DNA from: Acidobacteriota bacterium
GTDB taxonomy: Bacteria > Acidobacteriota > Vicinamibacteria > Vicinamibacterales > JAENWD01
Assembly (NCBI GenBank): GCA_046735235.1
Contig: JBKPSY010000162.1
Span: 1-49,143, forward strand
Length of the DNA: 49,143 nt
Direction of reading: 5' to 3'
The notes under the pieces are model-generated. The model was not told the origin of the DNA, searched no databases, and worked only from the letters and a program-made list of their open reading frames with translations. Shown one piece after another: positions 17,734-28,652 of the stretch. The position numbers and the translations under genes are program-made. The stretch's first letter is position 1. Every line of letters begins with the position of its first letter.

Positions 17734-20010
17734 TCATTTCGCCGTCAGCCACTTGACGGCTTCCAGCTCCGCCTGAGGGCTGGCGCCCTTGGCCAGCGTC
17801 ACCGACTTCGGTGCGCCTGCCGCGGCATAAGCAGCGGCGACGGTGGCGGGAGGCCTGAGGCCTTCGCCAGCCAGCCAGAGCGGGCTCGTGGTCAACGCGA
17901 GAAATCCAGGCACGTCGCCGTACTTCACCGCTCCAGGCAGCATCGCCGCGTCGTCGATGGCGCTGACAGTCGAGAACCTGAACCCCCCAGTGTCGATCGC
18001 GGCACGGTCGACCAGATCCGGCGCCGCGGCGCGCGCCAGCGCTGCCCAGACGCCGGCGTTCTTGCCGAATCCGATCAGGAAGACGCGCTGATGTGGCGGA
18101 GCTGGAGTTTCAGGCCCGCGTGGACTGACTGCAGCGCGTTGCTCGGTGGCTTCGGTCGGCGACTGCGCCGTCAGTGTCACCGACTCCGGTGCTGCCGACA
18201 GGCCGCCGCTCCGCGCGAAACGCAGCGCGGCAAGCACGTCGTGCACGCGCTGGACGATGAGCGGCGAGTTGTAGGCGTAGGTGTACGGGGCGACGGGGCC
18301 CCCCGGCACCATCCGGTTGCGCGTAACGTCGCCGCCCGTGACGTCGACGCCGATCACCGTGACTCCTGCGGCGAGCATCGCGCCAATGGCTGGACGAGGC
18401 TGGCCGTTCGCGTCGAATAAGCCGGCACCACCGTTCGCGTTTACCCAGACGGCTGTGGCGCCCGACCCGTTCCGAGGCGTCAGCTGGACGAAGGGGGCCT
18501 CCTCCGGCGATCGGGACACGTGCAGGATGCCGCGCTGAGCCACTCCGCCCTGGACGTCCTTTCGTGCGGATCTCGGGACGGCCGTGACATCACCGGAGCC
18601 GGGAACATCGCTGCCAAGCATTACCGCCAACGCGCCGCCGACGACCTCGCGATACCGCTCGAGCGACGCGGCGTCACGTGGAAGCGACGCGCTCAAGGCT
18701 CGATCTGACGCGGAAGTCCACCACGAGGTGACTCGCCGTTCTTCCGCCTCGCCCTTCGCCGGCGCCGGATGGTTCGCGGTCCAGACGGTGGCCTCGTCCC
18801 GCGTCAGCGGCTTGAAATCCTCTTCGACGACCGGCTCGGGCAGCCCCAGCTTCAGCTGCGTGTTCATCCACGCGTACATCGCGGAGCGGCTGACGTAGTT
18901 GTAGTTGTGCGGGAACTGCGGCATCGGAAAGACGCGCACGTTGTCTTTCGCGCCGAGCATCGCCCACAGCGTCTGCATCGCCGGAAAGCCCGTCTCGGGC
19001 AGCGTCTTCGTCCAGTCGTCTGCCGTCGTCATGCCGAGCGGCCGCGGCGCCCAGAGCGACGCGATCTCGACGTTGCCGGAACCGAGCCGGAGGTAGTCGG
19101 CGTTCTCGCACGTGCAGCCGCCCTGCATCTTCGTGCCGACCATCACCATGGGGAAGAGCGTCACTGGACGATCGTCGAGCGCGCCCAGGATGAATGTCTG
19201 TGTGCCGCCGCCGCTGGCGCCGCTCACGGCCAGGCGTGCCGGATCCACGTCGGGCAGCGACGCCAGGAAATCGAGCGCGCGTCGCGCGTTCCACGACTGC
19301 AGGCCCATGATCGATTCGAGGCGCGACTCTGCGTCCGCAGAGAAGAAAAGCCCGGGGGCCGCCGGCGAGTCTTTCGGCCGCCCATCTGGCTCCCCGTGAG
19401 CGACGCGAATCGAAATCTGTACGCTGTCGGCGTAGCCCTCGAGGTCGAAGAGGAACGACACCACACCCATGCGCGCCAGCTGGACGGCCGCGGCCTGCAG
19501 CGGATAGCGGCCGCCGACCTCGAACCGTTCCGCGCCGGAGACGATCGCCTTCCGCACGTCCTCCACGGATGCCTCGTTGAACCGCCCGTCGTGCCAGTGC
19601 CCATGCGGCAGCAGCACGGCCGGCAGCTTGCCCGTGCGGCCAGCCGGGCGATACAGGCTGCCGGTGACGAAGTGCCCCGGAAGACTTTCGAAGAAGACGC
19701 GATCCACCGTGTATCCGTCGCGCGCGACGCGTCCATGCACGACGGCGTTGAGTGGCGTCGGCTCGGGCATCGGCCAGAGGCCCAGCGCGACCTGGATCTG
19801 ACGCCGGACGACGCGTGCGCGGGCCGCCCAGGCGTCGGCCGTCGCCGGCGGCGTGAACGGGAAGTCGTCGCGAAGCGTCTTCTGCGGATCGCCTGCGCCT
19901 CCCGTGATCGCCGTCCGCGACGCGATCGGGCCCGCCACCGCGAACGCGACCGTGCCCAACACCACCGCCAGCGCAGCCACCCACCGACGCATGCGATTCC
20001 CCCTCGACAC
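17734..20010 (-). CDS. Secreted alpha/beta-hydrolase, acetylxylan-esterase-like
   Basis: Signal peptide, PAVLLPHGHW, RALDFLASLPDVDPARLAVSGASGGG (nucleophile Ser), GGCTCEN. Start is GTG 20010 or ATG 19992. Confidence 0.8.
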   Translation of the reverse strand: MSRGNRMRRWVAALAVVLGTVAFAVAGPIASRTAITGGAGDPQKTLRDDFPFTPPATADAWAARARVVRRQIQVALGLWPMPEPTPLNAVVHGRVARDGYTVDRVFFESLPGHFVTGSLYRPAGRTGKLPAVLLPHGHWHDGRFNEASVEDVRKAIVSGAERFEVGGRYPLQAAAVQLARMGVVSFLFDLEGYADSVQISIRVAHGEPDGRPKDSPAAPGLFFSADAESRLESIMGLQSWNARRALDFLASLPDVDPARLAVSGASGGGTQTFILGALDDRPVTLFPMVMVGTKMQGGCTCENADYLRLGSGNVEIASLWAPRPLGMTTADDWTKTLPETGFPAMQTLWAMLGAKDNVRVFPMPQFPHNYNYVSRSAMYAWMNTQLKLGLPEPVVEEDFKPLTRDEATVWTANHPAPAKGEAEERRVTSWWTSASDRALSASLPRDAASLERYREVVGGALAVMLGSDVPGSGDVTAVPRSARKDVQGGVAQRGILHVSRSPEEAPFVQLTPRNGSGATAVWVNANGGAGLFDANGQPRPAIGAMLAAGVTVIGVDVTGGDVTRNRMVPGGPVAPYTYAYNSPLIVQRVHDVLAALRFARSGGLSAAPESVTLTAQSPTEATEQRAAVSPRGPETPAPPHQRVFLIGFGKNAGVWAALARAAAPDLVDRAAIDTGGFRFSTVSAIDDAAMLPGAVKYGDVPGFLALTTSPLWLAGEGLRPPATVAAAYAAAGAPKSVTLAKGASPQAELEAVKWLTAK

Positions 20011-20056
20011 GGCGCGATTCTACCCGCGAACCGAGTGCTATGCTCCATCAAGTCAC

Positions 20057-21481
20057 ATGCGCCTCGCATCGTGCAGCGCCTTGATCGTCGTCGCCGCCAC
20101 CATGGCGGCGTTTCGCGCGCCTGTCGAACCGGCGGCGCCTGACGCTGACATCCCTGTCCCTTCTTCATCCCAATTGGCCTGGCAGCGCCAGGAGCTGCAC
20201 GCATTCGTGCACTTCGGGCCGAACACCTTCAGCGGCGCCGAGTGGGGGAGCGGGCAGGAGGATCCAGCGAGCTTCAACCCGACCGAGTTCGACGCGCGCG
20301 AGTGGGTCAGCGCGTTCAAGCAGGCCGGGTTCACCGGCGTGATTCTCACCGCCAAGCACCACGACGGCTTCTGCCTGTGGCCTTCGAAGTACTCGTCGCA
20401 CACGATCGCAAAGAGCCCGTGGCGTGGGGGCAGGGGTGACGTCCTGAAGGAGCTCTCCGACGCCTGCCGCGAGGCCGGGCTGGGCTTCGGGGTCTACCTG
20501 TCGCCCTGGGATCGCAACCACCCGACGTACGGCACCGAAGAGTACAACCGCGTCTTCGTCAACATGCTCGAAGAGGTGCTCGGCCGCTACGGGCCGATCT
20601 TCGAGGTGTGGTTCGACGGCGCCAACGGCGAGGGCCCCAGCGGGCGCCGGCAGAACTACGACTGGCCGGTCTTCCTCGCGACGGTGCGGAAGCTGCAGCC
20701 GAAGGCGGTCATTTTCAGTGATGCCGGGCCTGACGTGCGCTGGGTCGGCAACGAGCGGGGAGAGGCGCCGCTGACCGTGTGGTCGACCATCGATCGGCAT
20801 CGGTACACGCCGGGCACGCCGTTGAGCGACGAGTTAGGCGAAGGCACGCGCTTCGGCGAGGACTGGGTGCCCGCCGAGTGCGATGTCTCGATCCGTCCTG
20901 GGTGGTTCTACCGGCAATCCGAGGACACACAGGTGAAGTCGCCGGCGCGGCTGCTCGAGATTTACGAGAAGTCTGTCGGTCGCAACTGCACGCTGCTGCT
21001 GAACGTGCCGCCCGATCGCCGCGGCCTCGTGGCGTCGCCGGACCTGGCCGCGCTTGCGGGATTCCGCACGGCGCTGAACGCCGCCTACGGGACGGACCTC
21101 GCCGCCGGTGCGACGGTCACAGGCTCGAGCAGCCGATCCGACGCGCCGGCCTCGGCAGTGCTCGACGCGTCGCTCGACACGTACTGGTTGCCGGACGTCA
21201 CGGGGCCGGCGACACTCACACTGCAATTTCCCTCGGCCGTCACGTTCGATCGCGTCGTCCTGCAGGAAGGAATTGCCCTCGGACAGCGGGTGTCCGCGTT
21301 CTTCGTCGAAGCGCGGACCGTGGAAGGATGGCAACGCGTGGCGACCGGTACGACCATCGGCCACAAGCGGATCCTGCCGACGCCGCTGACGAAGGCGACG
21401 AGCCTGCGCGTCACGATCGCCGAGTCCATCGGGACGCCGGCGATCGCGCGAATTGCCCTCGCGAAGACCGCCGCCCGCTGA
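20057..21481 (+). CDS. Alpha-L-fucosidase GH29 with C-terminal CBM32/F5-8-like domain
   Basis: FVHFGPNTF, TAKHHDGFCLW, YLSPWD, VWFDG, ECDVSIRPGWF, LLLNVPP; signal peptide from ATG 20057. Confidence 0.93.
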   Translation: MRLASCSALIVVAATMAAFRAPVEPAAPDADIPVPSSSQLAWQRQELHAFVHFGPNTFSGAEWGSGQEDPASFNPTEFDAREWVSAFKQAGFTGVILTAKHHDGFCLWPSKYSSHTIAKSPWRGGRGDVLKELSDACREAGLGFGVYLSPWDRNHPTYGTEEYNRVFVNMLEEVLGRYGPIFEVWFDGANGEGPSGRRQNYDWPVFLATVRKLQPKAVIFSDAGPDVRWVGNERGEAPLTVWSTIDRHRYTPGTPLSDELGEGTRFGEDWVPAECDVSIRPGWFYRQSEDTQVKSPARLLEIYEKSVGRNCTLLLNVPPDRRGLVASPDLAALAGFRTALNAAYGTDLAAGATVTGSSSRSDAPASAVLDASLDTYWLPDVTGPATLTLQFPSAVTFDRVVLQEGIALGQRVSAFFVEARTVEGWQRVATGTTIGHKRILPTPLTKATSLRVTIAESIGTPAIARIALAKTAAR

Positions 21482-21496
21482 ATTGCGGTATGACTC

Positions 21497-21550
21497 GTAG
21501 GGCGCAGCTTCAGTTGCGCCAGGATCGGCCGACTGAAGTTCGGCCCCCAC
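21497..21550. repeat. Inverted REP doublet (BIME/REPIN-like)
   Basis: GTAGGGCGCAGCTTCAGTTGCGCC (21497-21520) and, on the minus strand, GTGGGGGCCGAACTTCAGTCGGCC (21527-21550). Confidence 0.7.
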
Positions 21551-21650
21551 TAACACCGGACAAGACCTGCAAGCTCAGGGACGAACCGAGCCCGAGACGC
21601 TCCTTGGCCCGCATAGAATACGGGCACTATCGACAGGAGCCCACTTCTCC

Positions 21651-23525
21651 ATGATCATCCGTCATCCACTCGCGCTGGCGGCGCTCGCCGCATTTATCCT
21701 CGGCGCCACGATCGTCATTGCGCAAGAACGCACCCGCGCCACGATCCCCGATCAGTACAAATGGAACCTCGCTGAGCTCTACGCAGGTGACGAGGCCTGG
21801 CAGGCGGAGCGAGCCCGCATCGAGCAGGACCTGCCGAAGGCGCGCGCGTTCAAGGGGACGCTCGGCCAGTCAGCCGCGCAGTTGCAGAAGGCTCTCGACC
21901 TCAACGCCGAGCAGGACAAGGCGCTGAGCCGCCTGGCGACCTACGCGAGCCTGAAGGCCGATGAAGACACGCGGCTGTCGAACTACCAGGGCATGCGCGA
22001 CCAGGTGATCCAGCTCGGCTCGAAGGAAGGCGCGGAGTGGGCGTACTTCGAGCCAGAGATCCTGGCGCTCGACACCGCGAAGGTGGACGAGTGGATCGCG
22101 GCGACGCCGGGTTTGAAGCAGTACGCGTTCTACCTGAACGACATCCTGCGTCGGAAAGCCCACACGCTCAGCGCCGCCGAGGAGGCGATGATCGCCCGCA
22201 CGTACCCGATGGCGGCCGGCGTGCGGAACGCCTCGAACGTGCTGCTCAACGCCGACCTGCCGTGGCCGACGGTGAAGATGGCCGACGGCAAGGACGTGCG
22301 GCTGGACAGCTCGGGCTTCTCGGCCGCGCGCGCCTCGGGCAACCGCGACGATCGCAAGAAGGTCATGGAGGCCTTCTTCGGCGCGCTCGGCAGCTACCGT
22401 CGCACGCTTGGCGCTGCGATGAGCGGCAACGTGCAGGGCGCGATCTTCAGGGCGCAATCGCGGCACTACGACTCGACGCTGCAGGCCGCGCTCGACGGCC
22501 CGAACGTGCCGACCACCGTCTACAAGGCGCTCGTCGACAGCGTGAACGAGCACCTGCCGTCGTTCCAGCGATATCTGGCGCTGCGGAAGCGGATTCTGAA
22601 GCTGGACGAGTTGCACTACTACGATCTGTATTCGCCGCTCGTGAACGACGTGCCTCTGAACTACACCGTCGAGCAGGCGCAGGCGAACGTCAAGGCGGCG
22701 ATGGCGCCGCTCGGCCCCGACTACGTGGCGGCACTCGACAAGGCGTTCCACGACCGGTGGATCGACTACTACCCGATGACGGGCAAGCAATCCGGCGCCT
22801 ACATGAGCCCTGGCGCGTACGACGTGCACCCGTATCTGCTGCTCAACTACAACGGGCAGTACACCGACATGTCCGCGATGGCGCACGAGCTCGGCCACGC
22901 GATGCACAGCTACTTCTCCGGCAAGAACCAGCCGTACGCGACCTACAACTACCCGATCTTTGTCGCCGAAGTCGCGTCGACCTTCAACGAAGCGCTGCTC
23001 ATCGACCACATGCTGAAGCAGATCACCGACCCGAAGGTGAAGCTGGCGCTGCTCGGCAACTACCTCGAGAACGTGAAAGGCACGGTCTTCCGCCAGACCC
23101 AGTTCGCCGAGTTCGAGATGCGGATGCACGAGATGGCAGAGGCTGGGCAGCCGATCACGGGCGACGCCCTCTCAAAGCTCTATCTCGACATCACCCGCAA
23201 GTACTACGGTCACGACGCCAAAATCTGCATCGTCGACGACGACGTCGCCAACGAGTGGGCGTTCATCCCGCACTTCTACACCTCGTTCTACGTCTACCAG
23301 TACGCGACGTCGTTCACGGCGTCGACCGCGCTCTCGGAGAAAGTGCTCTCGGGCGCGCCCGATGCGGTCGCTCACTACCGTGCGTTCCTGGCATCTGGCG
23401 GGTCGAAATACCCGATCGATCTGCTGAAGGGTGCTGGCGTCGACATGACGACGGGCGAGCCGCTCGATCTCACGATCCGGAAGATGGATCGCGTCATGGA
23501 CGAGATCGAAAAGCTGCTCAACTGA
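21651..23525 (+). CDS. pepF: Oligoendopeptidase F (M3B) with signal peptide
   Basis: YKWNL, GKQSGAY, HPYLLLNY, HELGH, AEVAST, FRQTQFAEFE, HFY..FYVYQYA. SD AGGAG. Confidence 0.93.
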   Translation: MIIRHPLALAALAAFILGATIVIAQERTRATIPDQYKWNLAELYAGDEAWQAERARIEQDLPKARAFKGTLGQSAAQLQKALDLNAEQDKALSRLATYASLKADEDTRLSNYQGMRDQVIQLGSKEGAEWAYFEPEILALDTAKVDEWIAATPGLKQYAFYLNDILRRKAHTLSAAEEAMIARTYPMAAGVRNASNVLLNADLPWPTVKMADGKDVRLDSSGFSAARASGNRDDRKKVMEAFFGALGSYRRTLGAAMSGNVQGAIFRAQSRHYDSTLQAALDGPNVPTTVYKALVDSVNEHLPSFQRYLALRKRILKLDELHYYDLYSPLVNDVPLNYTVEQAQANVKAAMAPLGPDYVAALDKAFHDRWIDYYPMTGKQSGAYMSPGAYDVHPYLLLNYNGQYTDMSAMAHELGHAMHSYFSGKNQPYATYNYPIFVAEVASTFNEALLIDHMLKQITDPKVKLALLGNYLENVKGTVFRQTQFAEFEMRMHEMAEAGQPITGDALSKLYLDITRKYYGHDAKICIVDDDVANEWAFIPHFYTSFYVYQYATSFTASTALSEKVLSGAPDAVAHYRAFLASGGSKYPIDLLKGAGVDMTTGEPLDLTIRKMDRVMDEIEKLLN

Positions 23526-23526
23526 G

Positions 23527-23609
23527 GGCTGGCGAAGCCAGTCGCGCCGTAGCCCGAAGGGCGTAGGCGGATTGCGGATTCTGCAGTAGGGCGGAACGTC
23601 AGTTCCGCC
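23527..23609. repeat. Cluster of REP-like hairpins at a convergent junction
   Basis: GGCTGGCGAAGCCAGTC, CGCCGTAGCCCGAAGGGCGTAGGCGG, and GTAG-GGCGGAAC-GTCA-GTTCCGCC (23586-23609). Confidence 0.65.
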
Positions 23610-23976
23610 GCTTTGCCCTCGCCTCCCTCGCTCTGAACTTCGCGATGCGAGCGATCAACACGGACGGCACGGCCGCGTCGTACGAGAGGCGAATCGTGCC
23701 CTTCTTGATCTCGAGACCGGCAAGCTCGTCGCCCAGAGCGGCGACCAACGTCCTGGTGGCCGGATAGATCGAGTAGTGGTTCGTCCAGGCCGCGAAGTAG
23801 ATCACGGCTTTCCTGTCTACCCTGTATGTCGGGATCCGGTAGCTCAGAGTCTCTACCGCCTTCGGCAGCGCCTTGCGGATTGCGGCACGCACGCGTCGCA
23901 GCGTAGGCCGCACATCCTTCGGCTGCGAGGCGATGTACTCGGCGACGGACGCAATCGCTGCGGTGCCTGCAGGCAT
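23599..23976 (-). CDS. DUF1801 (YdhG-like) protein
   Basis: SVAEYIASQP..R..LRRVRAAIRKALP.A.E.LSYRIPTY, YFAAWTNHYSIYP, KGTIR. SD GAGGGAG before ATG 23976. Confidence 0.85.
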   Translation of the reverse strand: MPAGTAAIASVAEYIASQPKDVRPTLRRVRAAIRKALPKAVETLSYRIPTYRVDRKAVIYFAAWTNHYSIYPATRTLVAALGDELAGLEIKKGTIRLSYDAAVPSVLIARIAKFRAREARAKRRN

Positions 23977-23984
23977 AGGCTCCC

Positions 23985-24737
23985 TCACTTCACGCCGTAT
24001 CGCCGCTCGGCGAACGGCTCGATGAAATCGCTTCCGAGAAATTCCAGGATCTCCGCGGCCGGCGCATCCGGCGACGCGAGCCGCCCTTGTTCGTGGAACT
24101 CGACGAACATCCGGTTCCACGGCCGACCTGGTCTCCGCGCGGACTCCTGCATCGGTGTATCCACGATGCCCGGCTCGTAGCTGAGGACGGCCACGTCTGC
24201 TCGCGCGCCGCCTGCGCGCTCAGGCGACGTCATCTCCGCGGCGAAGGTCATGCTCGCCAGGCGCAATGCGGCCTTGCTGCTGCCATATTCGATGATGCCG
24301 GGAAACGGCTGCACGGCGGCGCCCGTTGAGACGTTGACGATCCGGAGCCGCACGTCGGCGGGCGCCGCGCGCACCACCATTCCCATCAGGAAGACGGGCG
24401 CGATGAGATTCACCGCGAGCACGCCAGCGAAGCCTTCCGGGTCGACATCTTCCAGCGGCGCCATCGTCCCGGTCGCGGCGGCGTTGTTGACCAGTCCGAT
24501 GCGACGCCATTGGCGGCGGCCGATCGCTGGGAGGAGATGCCTGTTGGCCGCGTCGCGCAACGCGGCAAGGTCGCTGAGATCGACGTCCACGTCGTGATAC
24601 CGCGAATCGTCGAAGTTCACCGGGCGTCGGCTCAGTCCGACCACGGTCCAGTTGTCTGCGAGCAGGCGCCTGGCGACCGCGGCTCCGATACCGGAGCTGG
24701 TGCCGGTGACGATGGCGAGGGACGGGGAGTCTGGCAT
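23985..24737 (-). CDS. Short-chain dehydrogenase/reductase
   Basis: TGTSSGIG, NNAA, VNVSTG, YGSSK, PGIVDTPMQ. Confidence 0.92.
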   Translation of the reverse strand: MPDSPSLAIVTGTSSGIGAAVARRLLADNWTVVGLSRRPVNFDDSRYHDVDVDLSDLAALRDAANRHLLPAIGRRQWRRIGLVNNAAATGTMAPLEDVDPEGFAGVLAVNLIAPVFLMGMVVRAAPADVRLRIVNVSTGAAVQPFPGIIEYGSSKAALRLASMTFAAEMTSPERAGGARADVAVLSYEPGIVDTPMQESARRPGRPWNRMFVEFHEQGRLASPDAPAAEILEFLGSDFIEPFAERRYGVK

Positions 24738-24793
24738 CGGCGTCAGCGGATGCTAGCACCTTGTCATGACGCCGCGATCGGCCGGCTGGCCCG

Positions 24794-25558
24794 CTACTTG
24801 GGTCGCAGCTCGAGGTGCAGCGTCACGGCCGGCCGCTTTGGGGTGAGGCTGACGCTGCGCTCTTCGCTGACGTAGCCATCATGGACCAGCCGTACCGTCT
24901 TCTCGCCGAGCGACAGGTATTCGATCCTCGCCGGCGTCGTGCCGCGGCCGATGCCGTCGACCACGACGCGAGCACCCGATGGGACGCTGGTGACGATGAG
25001 AACGGGGCTGACCGTCGCTACGGGCGAAGGGTCGGGGGCCGTGGCAGCGACGGCGGCAGGCGGCTGTGGTGAGGCCGGCGTTTCCGGGGCGGCCTCGCTG
25101 GTCTGAGTGGGTGTTGTGGCCGTAGACGACGGCGCTGGCGCCGCAGCCGGTTCCACGCGGACGGTGGATGCCGCATCCCGGTTCCACAGCAGCAACGTAG
25201 TGAGGGCGCCGATGGCTATCAAGAGCAGCAGGGTGACGCCCCACGAACTTCCCGGTTCGATCGGCTCGACGGGCACAGGTGCGAGCTCGACCGGCGCCTG
25301 CGGCAACGCCTCGTTCAGCTGCGCGAGGGCGACGTTCTGGTCGAGACCGACGGCCTCCGCAAAGGCGCGCACTTCGCCGCGACGGTAGGGGCCCTTCGGG
25401 ACGACCGAGATGTCGCCGTGTTCGATCGCGTCGAGGTGGCGCGGAGGAATCTTGGTGCTGCTGGAAACCTGCTCGATTGTCAGGCCGGCACGCTCCCGCG
25501 CGGCGCGCAGGAACTCGCCGAGTTGCGTGATGGGATCGCGTCGCAGAGCCGTGGCCAT
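24794..25558 (-). CDS. RodZ-type HTH membrane protein with C-terminal PEGA domain
   Basis: LGEFLRAARERAGLTIEQVS..TKI...HLDAIEHG (HTH_25-like), one TM helix, Pro/Ala linker, VTSVPSGARVVVDG...GTTP (PEGA). Confidence 0.8.
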   Translation of the reverse strand: MATALRRDPITQLGEFLRAARERAGLTIEQVSSSTKIPPRHLDAIEHGDISVVPKGPYRRGEVRAFAEAVGLDQNVALAQLNEALPQAPVELAPVPVEPIEPGSSWGVTLLLLIAIGALTTLLLWNRDAASTVRVEPAAAPAPSSTATTPTQTSEAAPETPASPQPPAAVAATAPDPSPVATVSPVLIVTSVPSGARVVVDGIGRGTTPARIEYLSLGEKTVRLVHDGYVSEERSVSLTPKRPAVTLHLELRPK

Positions 25559-25695
25559 AGGCGCCTGTCGAATTGTGCCGGGATCGGCCTGAGAAAATAA
25601 AGCTCTACCGGCTAGCGGTGCTGTCGGTGGCCTCCACAGCTGAAATTAGCTCGACTGCGGGATGCCGCTGGTCTCCCGTCATGTGGAACACAGGT

Positions 25696-26229
25696 CTACG
25701 CGTCGCTGCCAGCGAGCACTCGTAGAACATACGCGCACCTGTAAGCGACAGTCCCTATGGGTACTTCGACGATCTCATACTCGCACCGGGAGTACCACTC
25801 AGTGAGTGTTTCATGGACCCGCAGAGCGTCGGCAAACGTCTGGTCGCGTTCGCTGTCCGTCGTGTAGATGGCCTCCCAGGGAGGGAGCACGAACACGCGC
25901 CGCTCGTAGGGATACCGCGACAGAAGGTCCTTCAGCTCATGCGCCCCAAGTCCTGCGGCCTGGTCGATCATGCAAAGAGCGTCGATGACGCCTCGGTCGA
26001 AGAAGACTATGTCGAGTTCGGGCGGCTGCGGATACTGGGCAATGTCCCGGTGGAGGATTTCCCGGGCGAAGTCGAGTGCCGCCGGGCGCGGGTGCAAACC
26101 GCTGGCGACGCGTGTCTGGATGATGGCGCGAGCGCTCTCATCAACAGTCCTGTACCCGCGCGCGCCAAGGGCGGCAAGAAGCGTGGTCTTTCCGGCGCCA
26201 GGGCCGCCGGTGAAAACGATTCGACGCAT
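25696..26229 (-). CDS. AAA_28-like P-loop ATPase/kinase
   Basis: VFTGGPGAGKTT, FFDRG..D, LPPWEAIYTTDSER. Confidence 0.85.
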   Translation of the reverse strand: MRRIVFTGGPGAGKTTLLAALGARGYRTVDESARAIIQTRVASGLHPRPAALDFAREILHRDIAQYPQPPELDIVFFDRGVIDALCMIDQAAGLGAHELKDLLSRYPYERRVFVLPPWEAIYTTDSERDQTFADALRVHETLTEWYSRCEYEIVEVPIGTVAYRCAYVLRVLAGSDA

Positions 26230-26239
26230 AGTCGCCGTC

Positions 26240-26277
26240 AAAGACAAACGGGCGGCCAGGTTGCCCTGACCGCCCGT
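26240..26277 (-). terminator. Rho-independent terminator after the radical SAM gene
   Basis: ACGGGCGGTCAGG-GCAA-CCTGGCCGCCCGT followed by TTGTCTTT. Confidence 0.65.
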
Positions 26278-26279
26278 CG

Positions 26280-26306
26280 TCCGAAGTCTGTAGTCCGAAG
26301 TCCGAA
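26280..26306. repeat. 7-mer tandem repeat (TCCGAAG family)
   Basis: TCCGAAG TCTGTAG TCCGAAG TCCGAA. Confidence 0.65.
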
Positions 26307-28382
<2,076 letters not shown>

Positions 28383-28545
28383 CGAATGTCTACTCCTGCG
28401 TGAACGACGGCAAGTCTTTCTGAATCAGTAGATTGTAGCGAGAACCCGCGTCAAGAGCAGATATTTCCCTGAACGGGCCGGAGCAGGGGGCGAGCGGGCA
28501 GTGACGGCGGGGAACGGTCAAATACGACCGTTTGACTCGGATTTT

Positions 28546-28652
28546 GCCGCAGAGGCACGGAGGCACGGAGACGAAGGTTGAATCGGCTGAGAGGGGTTGA
28601 TGGCGCCGACCGCGGCGCGGCCGGCGTCTCTGCGATCTCTGTGCCTCTTGGC
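28546..28652. repeat. Imperfect inverted repeat built of 8-9-mer units (CACGGAGG / CACAGAG)
   Basis: Arms 28546-28573 and 28625-28652, directly after the cusA stop. Confidence 0.65.
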
